This document shows, one piece after another, positions 1 to 8,990 of a stretch of DNA of 26,877 bases. Numbering within the stretch: position 1 is the stretch's first letter; every line of letters starts with the position of its first letter. Under the pieces are notes generated by a model that made no database searches, was not told where the DNA came from, and was given only the letters and a program-made list of their open reading frames with translations. Source of the stretch: Candidatus Fervidifonticultor quintus (GTDB lineage: Bacteria; Sysuimicrobiota; Sysuimicrobiia; Sysuimicrobiales; Humicultoraceae); NCBI GenBank assembly GCA_031459535.1, contig JAVKIJ010000041.1, forward strand, positions 1 through 26,877, read 5' to 3'. Position numbers and translations under genes: made by a program.

Positions 1-1595
1 AGCACGGTCCGCACATGGGGTCGCCGGAACGGAAAGATCTCCATCAGCAGGTCGGGGGAGCGGCCGGGTAGGAGGCGGTTCAACCCCCACCCGACCGCGG
101 CAATGATCACACCCACAGCCGCGTACAGCAGTACCGCTGCCCGCCAGCCGCCCAGATAGGCGACCGTGCCCATGATGACTGCGGTGCGCGCGCTGCAGGG
201 GACCAGGCTCACCAGTGTGCCGCCGATGAGGCGCTCGCGCTCGGTGCGCAGGACGCGCAGCCCGCGGATGGCCGGCACGCTGCATCCTGCGCCGGCCACG
301 AGAGGGATCGCCGCGCGGCCATTGAGCCCCATGCGGCCCAGCACCCGGTCGGCGAGAACCGCGGCGGCGTTGAGATAGCCCGTGTCCTCGACGATGGACA
401 GCAGCAGATAGAACGTCAGGACGTAGGGGATGCCCACGGTGAGCACCGCGAGCAGGCCAGCGTCGGCAGCCCACAGCAGCGTCCTGGTGATGACGCCCTC
501 ACCGAAGAGCCACAACAGCGGCGCGCTCACCGCTGGCGAGACCACGCGCTCCCACCCGGCCTCGATCAGACCGGAGAGCCGGCTGCCGCCCCAGAACAGC
601 AGCGCAAAGACCCCGGCCAGCACCGACAACAGCGCTGGCACGCCCGTGGCTGGCCGGGTGGCCCAGTGCCACAGGCGGCGGCCATGCACCTGGCCGGCCT
701 CCAACGTCACTTCCCGCGCCAGGCGGTCGGCGAGGGCGTGGCGCTCTCGGGCCACGACCACCCCCAAGGGCTCGCTGAACCTGAGCGCGGCGCGGGCCAC
801 CAGCGCCAGGGCGGCGTGCCGCTCCGATGGCTGGATGAGCGCCACCGGCGATTCGCCCGCGTCCGGATCCTCGAACAGCATCAGGGCGCGGCCGCGCCTG
901 GGGAACGGCGAGTCGCCGAGCATGGCGGCCACTTGGCCGGCCAGGTCCTCGATCTGCCGGCTGTACCGGTGGCGGGCCTCATGGCGCCGGTTGACCAACC
1001 GCAGCGCCTGGGACATCAGCTCGGTGATGCCGCATCGTTGGGTCGCGATGGTCGGGACGACGGGTACACCCAGCAGCTCCCCGAGACGGACAGCGTCGAT
1101 GTGGATGCCGCGGCGTTCGGCCTCGTCCGAGAAGTTGAGCGCGATGACCACGGGAAAGCCCAGGTCCAGGAGCTGCAGCACGAGGTAGAGGTTGCGCGCC
1201 AGGTTTGTGGCATCCAGCACGGCGATGACGGCGTCCGGCCGCTCATCGAGCAGGGCGCGACGCGCCGCCTGCTGGTCCTCGGTGCGGCCGGCCAACGCGT
1301 ACGTGCCCGGCAGGTCCAACACCGTGAGCCGGTGCCCATCGGGCTGGATCGTGGCCATGGTGACTTCCACGCTGGTGCCGGGATAGTTGGCGGTCAGCAC
1401 CTGGCTCCCGGTCAGCGAGTTGAAGACCGTGGACTTGCCCACATTGGGATTGCCGGCAAGCACGATCTGCACGTTTCCAGTCTCAACGCCACGCATCCGG
1501 CCGCGGTGGCAGTCCCTCCCACGCCACAGACGCCCAGCGCGCCACCGCGGCCCGATGCGACCAGCCCGCCGCGGCCCGCCGCAGCAGCCGTTCAT
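1..1595 (-). CDS. feoB: Ferrous iron transport protein B (3' end runs off window)
   Basis: Not in the ORF track because it has no stop in the window; translated manually. G1 motif LAGNPNVGKSTVFNSLTG, NYPGTSVE, G3 DLPGTY, LNFSD, then membrane domain with GAGCSVPAI...LVPCSART and LLMEIFPFRRP. ATG at 1595 overlaps the feoA stop (ATGA); alternative ATG at 1496. Confidence 0.95.
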   Translation of the reverse strand, partial: MNGCCGGPRRAGRIGPRWRAGRLWRGRDCHRGRMRGVETGNVQIVLAGNPNVGKSTVFNSLTGSQVLTANYPGTSVEVTMATIQPDGHRLTVLDLPGTYALAGRTEDQQAARRALLDERPDAVIAVLDATNLARNLYLVLQLLDLGFPVVIALNFSDEAERRGIHIDAVRLGELLGVPVVPTIATQRCGITELMSQALRLVNRRHEARHRYSRQIEDLAGQVAAMLGDSPFPRRGRALMLFEDPDAGESPVALIQPSERHAALALVARAALRFSEPLGVVVARERHALADRLAREVTLEAGQVHGRRLWHWATRPATGVPALLSVLAGVFALLFWGGSRLSGLIEAGWERVVSPAVSAPLLWLFGEGVITRTLLWAADAGLLAVLTVGIPYVLTFYLLLSIVEDTGYLNAAAVLADRVLGRMGLNGRAAIPLVAGAGCSVPAIRGLRVLRTERERLIGGTLVSLVPCSARTAVIMGTVAYLGGWRAAVLLYAAVGVIIAAVGWGLNRLLPGRSPDLLMEIFPFRRPHVRTV

Positions 1596-1828
1596 GCGGC
1601 CAGCACCTCCGCCGGCAGATGGCCGGCCAGTCGCCGACCGATGGCGAACACCCCTCCAGCCCCCTGGACGATCACCGGCCCGCCGCGGCCAACGACCGCG
1701 ACCACGGTCACCGTCTCCCCAGGCAACAACCGCATCGCCCACAGGTCGCGGAGCACGTCCGGATCGACCGCTTCGGGCGCTCCCAACCGGACGCGTCGCC
1801 CGGCCCTAATGGTGGAAAGCGGCTGCAC
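1592..1828 (-). CDS. feoA: Ferrous iron transport protein A (SH3-like)
   Basis: About 78 aa with LRDLWAMRLLPGETVTVV...GGPVIVQGAGGVFAIGRRLA, the typical FeoA pattern, directly upstream of feoB. GTG at 1828 follows GGGAGG; the ORF track extends it to 1864. Confidence 0.85.
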   Translation of the reverse strand: MQPLSTIRAGRRVRLGAPEAVDPDVLRDLWAMRLLPGETVTVVAVVGRGGPVIVQGAGGVFAIGRRLAGHLPAEVLAA

Positions 1829-1909
1829 GTGCCTCCCGCCCTGAAACTGGCCTTCCCTCCTCACAATGGGACGGCCGCGGCCCGGCGCCTATCCGGTCAG
1901 CGCCCTATT

Positions 1910-1947
1910 TTTCGGGCGGCCAAAACCTCTGGGTTAGCCCGCCCTAT
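1910..1947. promoter_or_regulatory. Two putative DtxR/IdeR/MntR-family metal-repressor boxes upstream of feoAB
   Basis: TTTCGGGCGGCCAAAA (1910-1925) fits TTTAGG-N4-CCTAAA at 10/12 positions. CTGGGTTAGCCCGCCCTAT (1929-1947) fits the DtxR consensus TTAGGTTAGCCTAACCTAA at 13/19. The location in front of an iron transporter is appropriate. Confidence 0.45.
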
Positions 1948-1950
1948 GGC

Positions 1951-1978
1951 ACAGGACTCGTCTGGCCCTCCACAGAAA
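1951..1978 (+). promoter_or_regulatory. Putative sigmaH-like promoter for the DUF885 gene
   Basis: ACAGGACTC-N12-ACAGAAA versus the B. subtilis sigmaH consensus RNAGGAWWW-N11/12-RNNGAAT; 43 nt upstream of ATG 2022. Confidence 0.35.
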
Positions 1979-2021
1979 GCATCGTCACCAATCATCTCAT
2001 CGCGCCACTAGACGGGGTCCC

Positions 2022-3665
2022 ATGACCGACGAGAATTCAATCGAGCAGATCGCACACGGCTTTCTTGCAGACTACCTGGAGTTCTACCCCACCTTGGGCG
2101 CGGCCCTCGGCCTGCACATGTACGACGGCCGCGCCGGCGACTACTCGCGGGCGGCCATTGACGCCTTTCTGCGGACGCTGGCCGGGTGGAGCCGACGGCT
2201 CGCCGACCTGGACCCGGCGCTGCGCCGAGGCCCGGCCGCGCACGACGCGGCCCTGATCGAGCAGGCCATCGCCCGCGAGCGCTTTGCCTGGGAGGTCTGG
2301 CGCGAGCACGAACGCAATCCCATCGCGTACAGTCCCGCCCTCGACCTGACCGTCTACCTGAAGCGCGACTACGCGCCGCTGCCCGAGCGGCTGCGCGCCC
2401 TCGTCAGCCACCTGGGGGAGGTCCCCCGGGTGCTGGACGAGATGCGCGGTCACCTCCACCAACCGCTGGCCCGGCCGGTCGCCGAGGCCGCCCAGGAGGT
2501 GTTTGCCGGCCATCTGGCGTTCTACGACCTCGAACTGCCCGCGCACGCCGCAGCCGTGACCGACGCGAGCGTCCGCTCGCGGTTCGACGCCGCACGGGCC
2601 TCGGCGGTGGAGGCGCTGCGCGAGACCATCGCCTGGCTGGAGGCGTCTGCCAGCCGCGCGCGCGACGGGTTCGCCATCGGCGAGGCCGTCCTCCAGGAGA
2701 TGCTGCGCACCGGCGAGATGGTGGATGTCCCCCTCGCCCGCCTGCTGGCGGTCGGCGAGGCCGAACTGGAGCGGCTCAGCGAGGACGTCCGCGCCACCGC
2801 CGCGCGGATCGACGCGCATGCCAGCCCGCGCGAGGTCATGGCGCGGCTCGCGCGGCACCATCCGTCAGAGGAGCGGCTCCTGCCCGAGACCCGGGTGCTG
2901 CTTGAGGATCTCCGGCAGTTCCTCGTGGACCACGATCTGGTCTCGGTGCCCGCCGACACCAGACCCATCGTGGCAGAGACCCCGGCCTTCAACCGGTGGG
3001 CCTTTGCCATGATGGACACGGCTGGCCCCTTCGAGACCACGGCGACCGAATCGTACTACTACATCACCCTGCCCGATCCGGCCTGGCCGCCCGAGCGCCG
3101 TGAGGAGTGGTTGACGAAGTTCGATTACGCCACCCTCAAGGACATGAGCATTCATGAGGCGTACCCCGGGCACTTTGTCCACTTCATGGCCGTCCGGCAG
3201 GCGCCGTCGGCGGCCGCCAGGGTCCTCACGTGGTACTCGTTCGTGGAGGGCTGGGCCCACTACGCCGAGGAGATGATGCTCGAGGCCGGGGTGGATCCTA
3301 CGCCACAGTTCCGGCTCGCGTACCTGGGCGAGGCGCTCGTGCGCCAGGTGCGCTACCTCGTCGCCATCCGGATGCACGCGGATGGGATGGGACTCGATGA
3401 AGCGACGCGGATGTTCGAACGCTACGCCTTCATGGAACCGCTACCGGCCCGCAAGGAAGCCCTCCGCGGCACCTTCGACCCGGGCTACCTCAACTACACC
3501 CTGGGCAAGTTCATCGTGCGCCGGCTGCGCGACGCCTACCGAGCAGAACGCGGGGCGGCCTTCTCACTGCGCGAGTTCCACGACCGCCTGATCGGGCTGG
3601 GCGCGCCGCCACTGCCGGTGGCACGCGGCGCGCTACTGGAGTACGACGACGGGACGCTGCTGTAG
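2022..3665 (+). CDS. DUF885 family protein (putative zinc metallopeptidase)
   Basis: 547 aa with HEAYPGHFVH and EGWAHYAE motifs plus YLNYTLGK and FSLREFHD, characteristic of DUF885; no signal peptide. Confidence 0.85.
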   Translation: MTDENSIEQIAHGFLADYLEFYPTLGAALGLHMYDGRAGDYSRAAIDAFLRTLAGWSRRLADLDPALRRGPAAHDAALIEQAIARERFAWEVWREHERNPIAYSPALDLTVYLKRDYAPLPERLRALVSHLGEVPRVLDEMRGHLHQPLARPVAEAAQEVFAGHLAFYDLELPAHAAAVTDASVRSRFDAARASAVEALRETIAWLEASASRARDGFAIGEAVLQEMLRTGEMVDVPLARLLAVGEAELERLSEDVRATAARIDAHASPREVMARLARHHPSEERLLPETRVLLEDLRQFLVDHDLVSVPADTRPIVAETPAFNRWAFAMMDTAGPFETTATESYYYITLPDPAWPPERREEWLTKFDYATLKDMSIHEAYPGHFVHFMAVRQAPSAAARVLTWYSFVEGWAHYAEEMMLEAGVDPTPQFRLAYLGEALVRQVRYLVAIRMHADGMGLDEATRMFERYAFMEPLPARKEALRGTFDPGYLNYTLGKFIVRRLRDAYRAERGAAFSLREFHDRLIGLGAPPLPVARGALLEYDDGTLL

Positions 3666-3718
3666 GGAGCTGGGGTTACCGGCGTGGCCGGAAGCGCCTG
3701 AGCAGCCCTCTCCCGGGC

Positions 3719-4456
3719 TCACGTGGCGGGCGGCTTCTGGGCGGCGCGCGCGGCCCGTAACGCCTCGGCCTTGGCGCGCGCGGCGGCCAAACGCTCCTCG
3801 CGGCTCATCGACTCGGGATCGCCTGCTGGCTGCGGCGCGGCGGGTGCCGGCACCTCAGCCCTGGCTGACGCCTCGGGCGACGTCGGAGCCGCGGCCGCAA
3901 CCGGGGCTTGAGGCTTGGCCGCGGCGGGCTTGGCGGTCGACTCCCGCATCAGTTCGGTCGTGCGCGGGGGCCGCACGTCCTCCCGTCCCAAGAAGTCGGC
4001 CATGAGGTGGCGCCGCAGGCGGTCGGCCACCTCGGCGATCTCCTCCGCATCCCCGGCCATCGCCGCCTCGATGCGCGCCCGGTCGAACCGGTATGTCGCG
4101 AGGCGCCTCCCGTCGCTGAAGTGGACCACCGGATGGCCCTTCGAGTCTTCGAGCACGATGGTCCGGACCGGCGGTTGGGGGTTGACCGCACGCACAATGT
4201 CCTCCGCCATCTTCGCCACCCATGCGCGCTTGCCGTCGAGCTGCTGGCCCGGGCCCGGAAAGATGGTCTGTGCCACGCTCCGCGTGGCCAGGGGATTGGG
4301 GTCACCCGCCACGGGCTTGCGCTCGGCGCGGCGCTTCCTGGCCGTCTCCCTGAGGCTCTCGAGCACGTCCAGCGAGGCCACGATCAGCGCGAAGAGGTAG
4401 AACGCGAACACCGCCAGTGTCAGCGCCCAGTACCGAAGAAACGCCCCGAAGTCCAT
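3719..4456 (-). CDS. Hypothetical membrane-anchored protein
   Basis: 245 aa ORF filling the gap downstream of rdgB, with GGGGGA upstream of ATG. N-terminal hydrophobic helix (WALTLAVFAFYLFALIVA), basic stretch, small globular region, Ala/Pro linker and C-terminal charged helix. Confidence 0.75.
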   Translation of the reverse strand: MDFGAFLRYWALTLAVFAFYLFALIVASLDVLESLRETARKRRAERKPVAGDPNPLATRSVAQTIFPGPGQQLDGKRAWVAKMAEDIVRAVNPQPPVRTIVLEDSKGHPVVHFSDGRRLATYRFDRARIEAAMAGDAEEIAEVADRLRRHLMADFLGREDVRPPRTTELMRESTAKPAAAKPQAPVAAAAPTSPEASARAEVPAPAAPQPAGDPESMSREERLAAARAKAEALRAARAAQKPPAT

Positions 4457-4523
4457 CAGGTCCCCCAGCGTGCGTCAGCCGCTCCTGCAAGATTGGTCGT
4501 GCGCCGCGGGCCCTCCTGCCGCC

Positions 4524-5183
4524 CTAGTCCGCATCCGCGCCCCGCGCCGCCTCGATCAGCGCCACCAGGTACGGCCGGGCAGCGGCCAGGGCCAGAGCCC
4601 TGTGGCTGATGCGGTTCTTGATCTCCGGCGGCAGTTCCGCCATGGTCCGACCGTAGGCCGGCACGAAGAAGATGGGGTCGTAGCCGAAGCCGTGGTGTCC
4701 GCACGGCTGCTCGGCGATGCGTCCCTCGCAGGTGCCCTCAAAGGTCCTCACGGAGCCGTCCGGAAGGGCCACCGCGATCACGGCGCGGTACCGCGCGGTC
4801 CGCAACCCGGCGTCCAGGCCGCGGAGGCGGCTGAGCACCCACCGGTTGCGATCGTCGTCGGTCGCCGCCGGACCAAGGAACGTGGCCGACGCCACGCCGG
4901 GAGCGCCGCCGAGCGCGTCAACTTCCAGTCCCGAATCATCGGCCAGCGCGATCTCGCCGGTCAGCCGGGCCACGGAGACGGCCTTGCCGATGGCGTTCTC
5001 CTCAAACGTGCCGCCGTCCTCGGGCAAGACAGGCACGTGCGGATAGTCATCGAGGGTGCGCACCCAGACGGCGAGGCCCTCCAGCAGCGCCTCCAGTTCC
5101 CGCACCTTGCCCCGATTGCGAGTGGCGAGCACGACGGTCACCGGCACGGTGACCCCGGAGGAGGCCGAGGCGGGCCGGGCCAT
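4524..5183 (-). CDS. rdgB: Non-canonical purine NTP pyrophosphatase (RdgB/HAM1, XTP/dITP diphosphatase)
   Basis: ATRNRGK, DDSGLEVDALGGAPGV, FGYDPIF and KNRISHR motifs; immediately follows rph. Confidence 0.95.
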   Translation of the reverse strand: MARPASASSGVTVPVTVVLATRNRGKVRELEALLEGLAVWVRTLDDYPHVPVLPEDGGTFEENAIGKAVSVARLTGEIALADDSGLEVDALGGAPGVASATFLGPAATDDDRNRWVLSRLRGLDAGLRTARYRAVIAVALPDGSVRTFEGTCEGRIAEQPCGHHGFGYDPIFFVPAYGRTMAELPPEIKNRISHRALALAAARPYLVALIEAARGADAD

Positions 5184-5918
5184 TCAGCGCGGCAACGTGG
5201 CCAGCACGTCGTCCAGCGAAGCCTTCTGGACCTGGATCAACGTCCTGATCCCCTTCTCCGCCAGCGTCACCAGCGTCAGCAGTTCCTGCCGCGAGTACGG
5301 GGCACCCTCGGCGGTACCCTGGATCTCCACGATCTTGCCTGACTCGCTTCCGACCAGGTTGAGGTCCACGCGCGCCCTGGAGTCCTCCGCGTAGGTCAGG
5401 TCCAGGAGCATGTCGCCCTCCACGATGCCGACGCTGGTTGCGGCGATGAACTCGCGCAGCGGCCACCAGCGCAGCGCTCCGCTGCGACGGAGCACGACCA
5501 GCGCGTCCACCAGCGCCACCATGGCGCCGGTGATCGAGGCGGTGCGAGTCCCACCGTCGGCCTGGAGCACATCACAGTCCACGGTGATGGTCCGCTCGCC
5601 GAGCTTCTGGAGATCGACCGCCGATCGCAGCGAGCGCCCGATGAGCCGCTGGATCTCGAAGGTGCGCCCCCCGGTTCGGCTCGACTCTCTCGGTGTCCGC
5701 TCGTGGGTCGCACGGGGGAGCATGCCGTACTCAGCGGTGATCCACCCCTGCCCCGCGCCGCGCAGCCACGGCGGCAGGCGTTCCTCGACCGTAGCAGTGC
5801 AGACCACACGGGTCTGGCCCAGGGTGATCAGCACCGACCCTTCCGCGTGCGGGATGTAGTGGCGAACGATCTCCACCGGCCGCAGGGCATCGGCCCCGCG
5901 CCCATCGGCTCGCGGCAT
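5184..5918 (-). CDS. rph: Ribonuclease PH
   Basis: Starts MPRADGR after AAGGAG (the ORF track over-extends it to 6143); [54 protein letters not shown]. Confidence 0.97.
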   Translation of the reverse strand: MPRADGRGADALRPVEIVRHYIPHAEGSVLITLGQTRVVCTATVEERLPPWLRGAGQGWITAEYGMLPRATHERTPRESSRTGGRTFEIQRLIGRSLRSAVDLQKLGERTITVDCDVLQADGGTRTASITGAMVALVDALVVLRRSGALRWWPLREFIAATSVGIVEGDMLLDLTYAEDSRARVDLNLVGSESGKIVEIQGTAEGAPYSRQELLTLVTLAEKGIRTLIQVQKASLDDVLATLPR

Positions 5919-5959
5919 GGTAGGCTCCTTCTGCCGGGACGACTGGAACCGCCGGAGTG

Positions 5960-5987
5960 TTTCGCGGGGGACCCAGGCGACTCCTGG
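5960..5987 (-). promoter_or_regulatory. Putative sigmaH-like promoter for rph-rdgB
   Basis: Minus strand CCAGGAGTC...CGCGAAA, AGG-N19-GAA, in the 70-nt amidase/rph gap. Confidence 0.35.
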
Positions 5988-5988
5988 A

Positions 5989-7818
5989 TCAGTGAGCCGG
6001 CACCGGGTACACAGCCAGGAACCGCTGCACGCCCCGCCCGACGGCCTCGGCGAGCCGCTGGCGGAAGGCTGACTGGCGCAGGCGCGCCTCCTCGTCCACG
6101 TTGGAGATGTACGCGACCTCGACCAGGACCGCAGGGACGTCACTCTCTCGCAGGACCAGAAAGTTCGCGGTCTTGGTGCCCCGGCTGATCAGACCGGGGA
6201 CGCGGCTCAACTCTTCCTGGACCATCTGCGCGAGCACCTGGCTCTGCGGGGTCAGATAGTACGTCTCCGAGCCATTGGCTGAGGGTCGGGTCGAGGCATT
6301 GGCGTGAATGCTGACGAACACCGTAGCGCCCTGCTGCCGCGCGACGCGCGGCCGGTCGGCGAGTTCGACGAAGACGTCGGCCTCGCGGGTCATGATCGCC
6401 CGGATGCCGGCGCGCACCAGCAGTTCGCGCACCCGCTGCGCGATGTCCAGCACGACGTCTTTCTCGAGCAGCCCGGTCGGCCCGATGGCGCCGGTATCCC
6501 GGCCACCGTGGCCGGCATCGATGGTCACCAGGTGTGCGCGCACAGCGACGTCAGGGATCTCGATCACCAGCACATTGGGGGCGTCCGGGGCGGGCGCCAC
6601 GGCATACGCGGCCTTGCGCCTGAGCACCACCACCACCCGGACGACATCCGGGTCTGTGTTGAACTGCGCGGCCCGCACCTCGGTTACCACGGCGCCTGCC
6701 ACCGGGATCTCCTGCTTGACGGGCAGGAAGATGGCACGCTGGAGATCGACGACCAGCCGATCGGGGTCTACGAGTTCCCGGACGGTATAGTCTGCCGGCG
6801 CCGTACCTTCGATGAGCACGCGGAAGCGCGTGCCCGACTGTTCCACCCGCACCTGCTGGATGCGTGGGACGCCGTCGTCGGGCAGCGGCTCTGGGATCGG
6901 CGCCACCTGCTCGTGAGTAGATGGCCCCTCGGTGTAGACCGGCCCTGCCGCCTCCCCCGCCGGAGGAGGCGGCACCGAGACCGACGGCGGTTGGGGCTGG
7001 GCACCGGTGCCTGCCGGCGTGGCTGCCTGCGGGCTCACCCCTCCGGCCAGCACCTGACCGCGAGGCCGGACCTCGATAGTATAGGCGAACGAGTCGGTGG
7101 ACGTCTGCGTGCGCACATCCACCGGCTGCTGGAGGTCGAATACGACCCGCGTGATGTACGGTTTGACCTGGAACTGGCCAGCGCGCACCCGCAAGACGCC
7201 GGCCTCGCCGACCGGCAGGTCTTGATCCTGGGGACGGAACGCGCCCCCATGGAGATCCACCACGAGGCGGTCGGGGTTGGACAGCGTGCGAGTCTCAGCC
7301 CGCAGCGGTCCGGTGGCGTCCAGCACGACGCGCAGGACTCCGTCCTCGCGCCGCAGGGTCAACGTGGTGATCTGGGACGCTACGTGCAGGGTGCGCGACG
7401 GCTCGTCGAGCCGCACCCACGCCCCCAGCGCGGCGAACACGAACGCGGCGGGCACATACGGCTGGTCGCCGATCAGGAGCGCAGCGACCGGCAGCGACCG
7501 CGGTTCACCGTTGACCCGGGCAGTGGGCTCGCCGATCCTGAGCCGGACCACGATACCGGTCCGGTTGGTCACCATCACGGCACGGTCGGCGGCCTGCCAG
7601 ACCGCAGCCGCGCCAAAAGCCTCAAACGTACGAACAGCCGGCACCAGCACCTGGCCGGCCTGCATCAGCGCAGGCGCCGCCAGCGACACCGGCACTCCAT
7701 TCACCACTACCGCAATGCCTGGCTGGCCCGCAGCAGGCACCACGCCCGCCGCCAGCACCAGCGTCAGCACTGCAGGCACCGACACCCGCATGCAGCACCG
7801 TTCCCGGTGCGCGACCAC
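5989..7818 (-). CDS. N-acetylmuramoyl-L-alanine amidase (signal peptide, copper-amine-oxidase-N/stalk-like domain, two AMIN domains, Amidase_3)
   Basis: C-terminal Zn ligands IDAGHGG, EKD, SIHAN, LVEVAY. Two AMIN repeats (NPDRLVVDL / DPDRLVVDL ... VRAGQF / VRAAQF) separated by a Pro-rich linker. Signal peptide present. Start is GTG 7818 or ATG 7791. Confidence 0.92.
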   Translation of the reverse strand: MVAHRERCCMRVSVPAVLTLVLAAGVVPAAGQPGIAVVVNGVPVSLAAPALMQAGQVLVPAVRTFEAFGAAAVWQAADRAVMVTNRTGIVVRLRIGEPTARVNGEPRSLPVAALLIGDQPYVPAAFVFAALGAWVRLDEPSRTLHVASQITTLTLRREDGVLRVVLDATGPLRAETRTLSNPDRLVVDLHGGAFRPQDQDLPVGEAGVLRVRAGQFQVKPYITRVVFDLQQPVDVRTQTSTDSFAYTIEVRPRGQVLAGGVSPQAATPAGTGAQPQPPSVSVPPPPAGEAAGPVYTEGPSTHEQVAPIPEPLPDDGVPRIQQVRVEQSGTRFRVLIEGTAPADYTVRELVDPDRLVVDLQRAIFLPVKQEIPVAGAVVTEVRAAQFNTDPDVVRVVVVLRRKAAYAVAPAPDAPNVLVIEIPDVAVRAHLVTIDAGHGGRDTGAIGPTGLLEKDVVLDIAQRVRELLVRAGIRAIMTREADVFVELADRPRVARQQGATVFVSIHANASTRPSANGSETYYLTPQSQVLAQMVQEELSRVPGLISRGTKTANFLVLRESDVPAVLVEVAYISNVDEEARLRQSAFRQRLAEAVGRGVQRFLAVYPVPAH

Positions 7819-7869
7819 CCTCCCCTCAAAGGCCGCTGTGCCCCGCGGCCTCTCCCGTAAGTCCTACGG

Positions 7870-7896
7870 CTTCGTCGCTGCGGGGGGAACTCCTGC
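7870..7896 (-). promoter_or_regulatory. Putative sigmaH-like promoter for the amidase gene
   Basis: Minus strand GCAGGAGTT-N11-GACGAAG, two mismatches from RNAGGAWWW-N11/12-RNNGAAT. Confidence 0.45.
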
Positions 7897-7939
7897 CCTC
7901 CCGGGCGAACAGGCGCGTAGGGTCTATGGAGGGCGGCCT

Positions 7940-8986
7940 GTGAACATCGACGCCCGGCTGGTGTACCGGTCCCTGGCCGAGGTCAGCGAAATCGCCCAGA
8001 CAGCCGAAGCGCTGGGGTTCGATGGACTGTGGACCAGCGAGACCGACCACGATCCGTTCCTCGGTCTGGCGCTGGCCGCGGCCGCCACATCGCGGCTGGA
8101 GCTGGGCACCGCCATCGCACTGGCGTTCACGCGCAGCCCCACCACTCTGGCTCATGTAGCCTGGGATCTCGCGCAGCTTGCGGGCGGCCGGTTCGTTCTG
8201 GGTTTGGGCACGCAGGTGAAGGCGCACATCACGCGGCGGTTCGGGGTGGTGTGGGATCCTCCCGCCCCGAAACTGCGCGAGGTGGTCGGCGCCATTCGCG
8301 CCGTCTGGGACGCATGGGCCTACGGCCGGCCGCTGAACTTTACCGGCCGCTACGTCACGCTGTCCCTGATGACCCCGTTCTTCACCCCGCCGGGCCCCCC
8401 ACCCCCAGGGCTGCGCATCTGGATCGCCGGGGTGGGCGCCAGGATGTGTCGCCTCGCGGGCGAGATCGCGGACGGGTTCCACGTCCACCCGTTCCACACA
8501 CGGCGCTACCTGCGAGAAGTCGTACTGCCCCAGATCCACCGGGGGCTCGCGCGCCGGCAGGCGGCGCGCGCTGACTTCACGGTCGCCGCCAGCGTGTTCA
8601 TCGCCTCGGGCAACGAGCGCGAGGTCGCCGACGGCCTGGAACAGATTCGCCGGACCCTCTCGTTCTACGCGTCTACGCCCACGTACCGGCCCGTCCTCGA
8701 GCTGCACGGCTGGAGTGACCTCGGCGTGCACCTGAGCCAGCTGGCCGCACGCGGGCGATGGCAACAGATGCCGGCACTAATCCCCCATGAGATGCTGGAG
8801 GCCTGCGCGATCTGGGGGCCGCCAGATGTGGTGGCTGACAGGCTCAGGTCGGAGTACGCCGGGGTTGTCGACCGGGTGGCCGCCTACGAGGAACTGGTTC
8901 CCGGCCGGCGGACGGAGATGTGGGAAGCCCTGATTGCAGGCGTGCGCGGCGGCGGTCCCGCGGATGCCGGCACCGACCGGGGTTAG
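7940..8986 (+). CDS. LLM-class (luciferase-like) probable F420-dependent oxidoreductase, TIGR03617-like
   Basis: GTG at 7940 after GGAGG (the ORF track over-extends it to 7277); AEALGFDGLWTSETDHDPF, LGTAIALAF, FVLGLGTQVKAHITRRFG, LMTPFF, FYASTPTY. Confidence 0.88.
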   Translation: MNIDARLVYRSLAEVSEIAQTAEALGFDGLWTSETDHDPFLGLALAAAATSRLELGTAIALAFTRSPTTLAHVAWDLAQLAGGRFVLGLGTQVKAHITRRFGVVWDPPAPKLREVVGAIRAVWDAWAYGRPLNFTGRYVTLSLMTPFFTPPGPPPPGLRIWIAGVGARMCRLAGEIADGFHVHPFHTRRYLREVVLPQIHRGLARRQAARADFTVAASVFIASGNEREVADGLEQIRRTLSFYASTPTYRPVLELHGWSDLGVHLSQLAARGRWQQMPALIPHEMLEACAIWGPPDVVADRLRSEYAGVVDRVAAYEELVPGRRTEMWEALIAGVRGGGPADAGTDRG

Positions 8987-8990
8987 GGCC

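Noticed and set aside
430-1844. Long plus-strand ORFs 430..1188 and 666..1844
   Set aside because: Antisense shadows of feoB/feoA in high-GC DNA; no recognisable motifs, whereas the minus-strand frame has all the FeoB motifs.
3666-3718. Structured GC-rich gap containing CCGGAAG...AGCAGCC, faintly like SRP RNA helix 8
   Set aside because: Too short and lacks the CAGG...GGAA...AGCA geometry; at most a weak hairpin between convergent genes, with no U-tract.
6304-7860. 518-aa plus-strand ORF, and the 7277 upstream extension of the LLM ORF
   Set aside because: Antisense to the amidase; the LLM gene has a good RBS and GTG at 7940.
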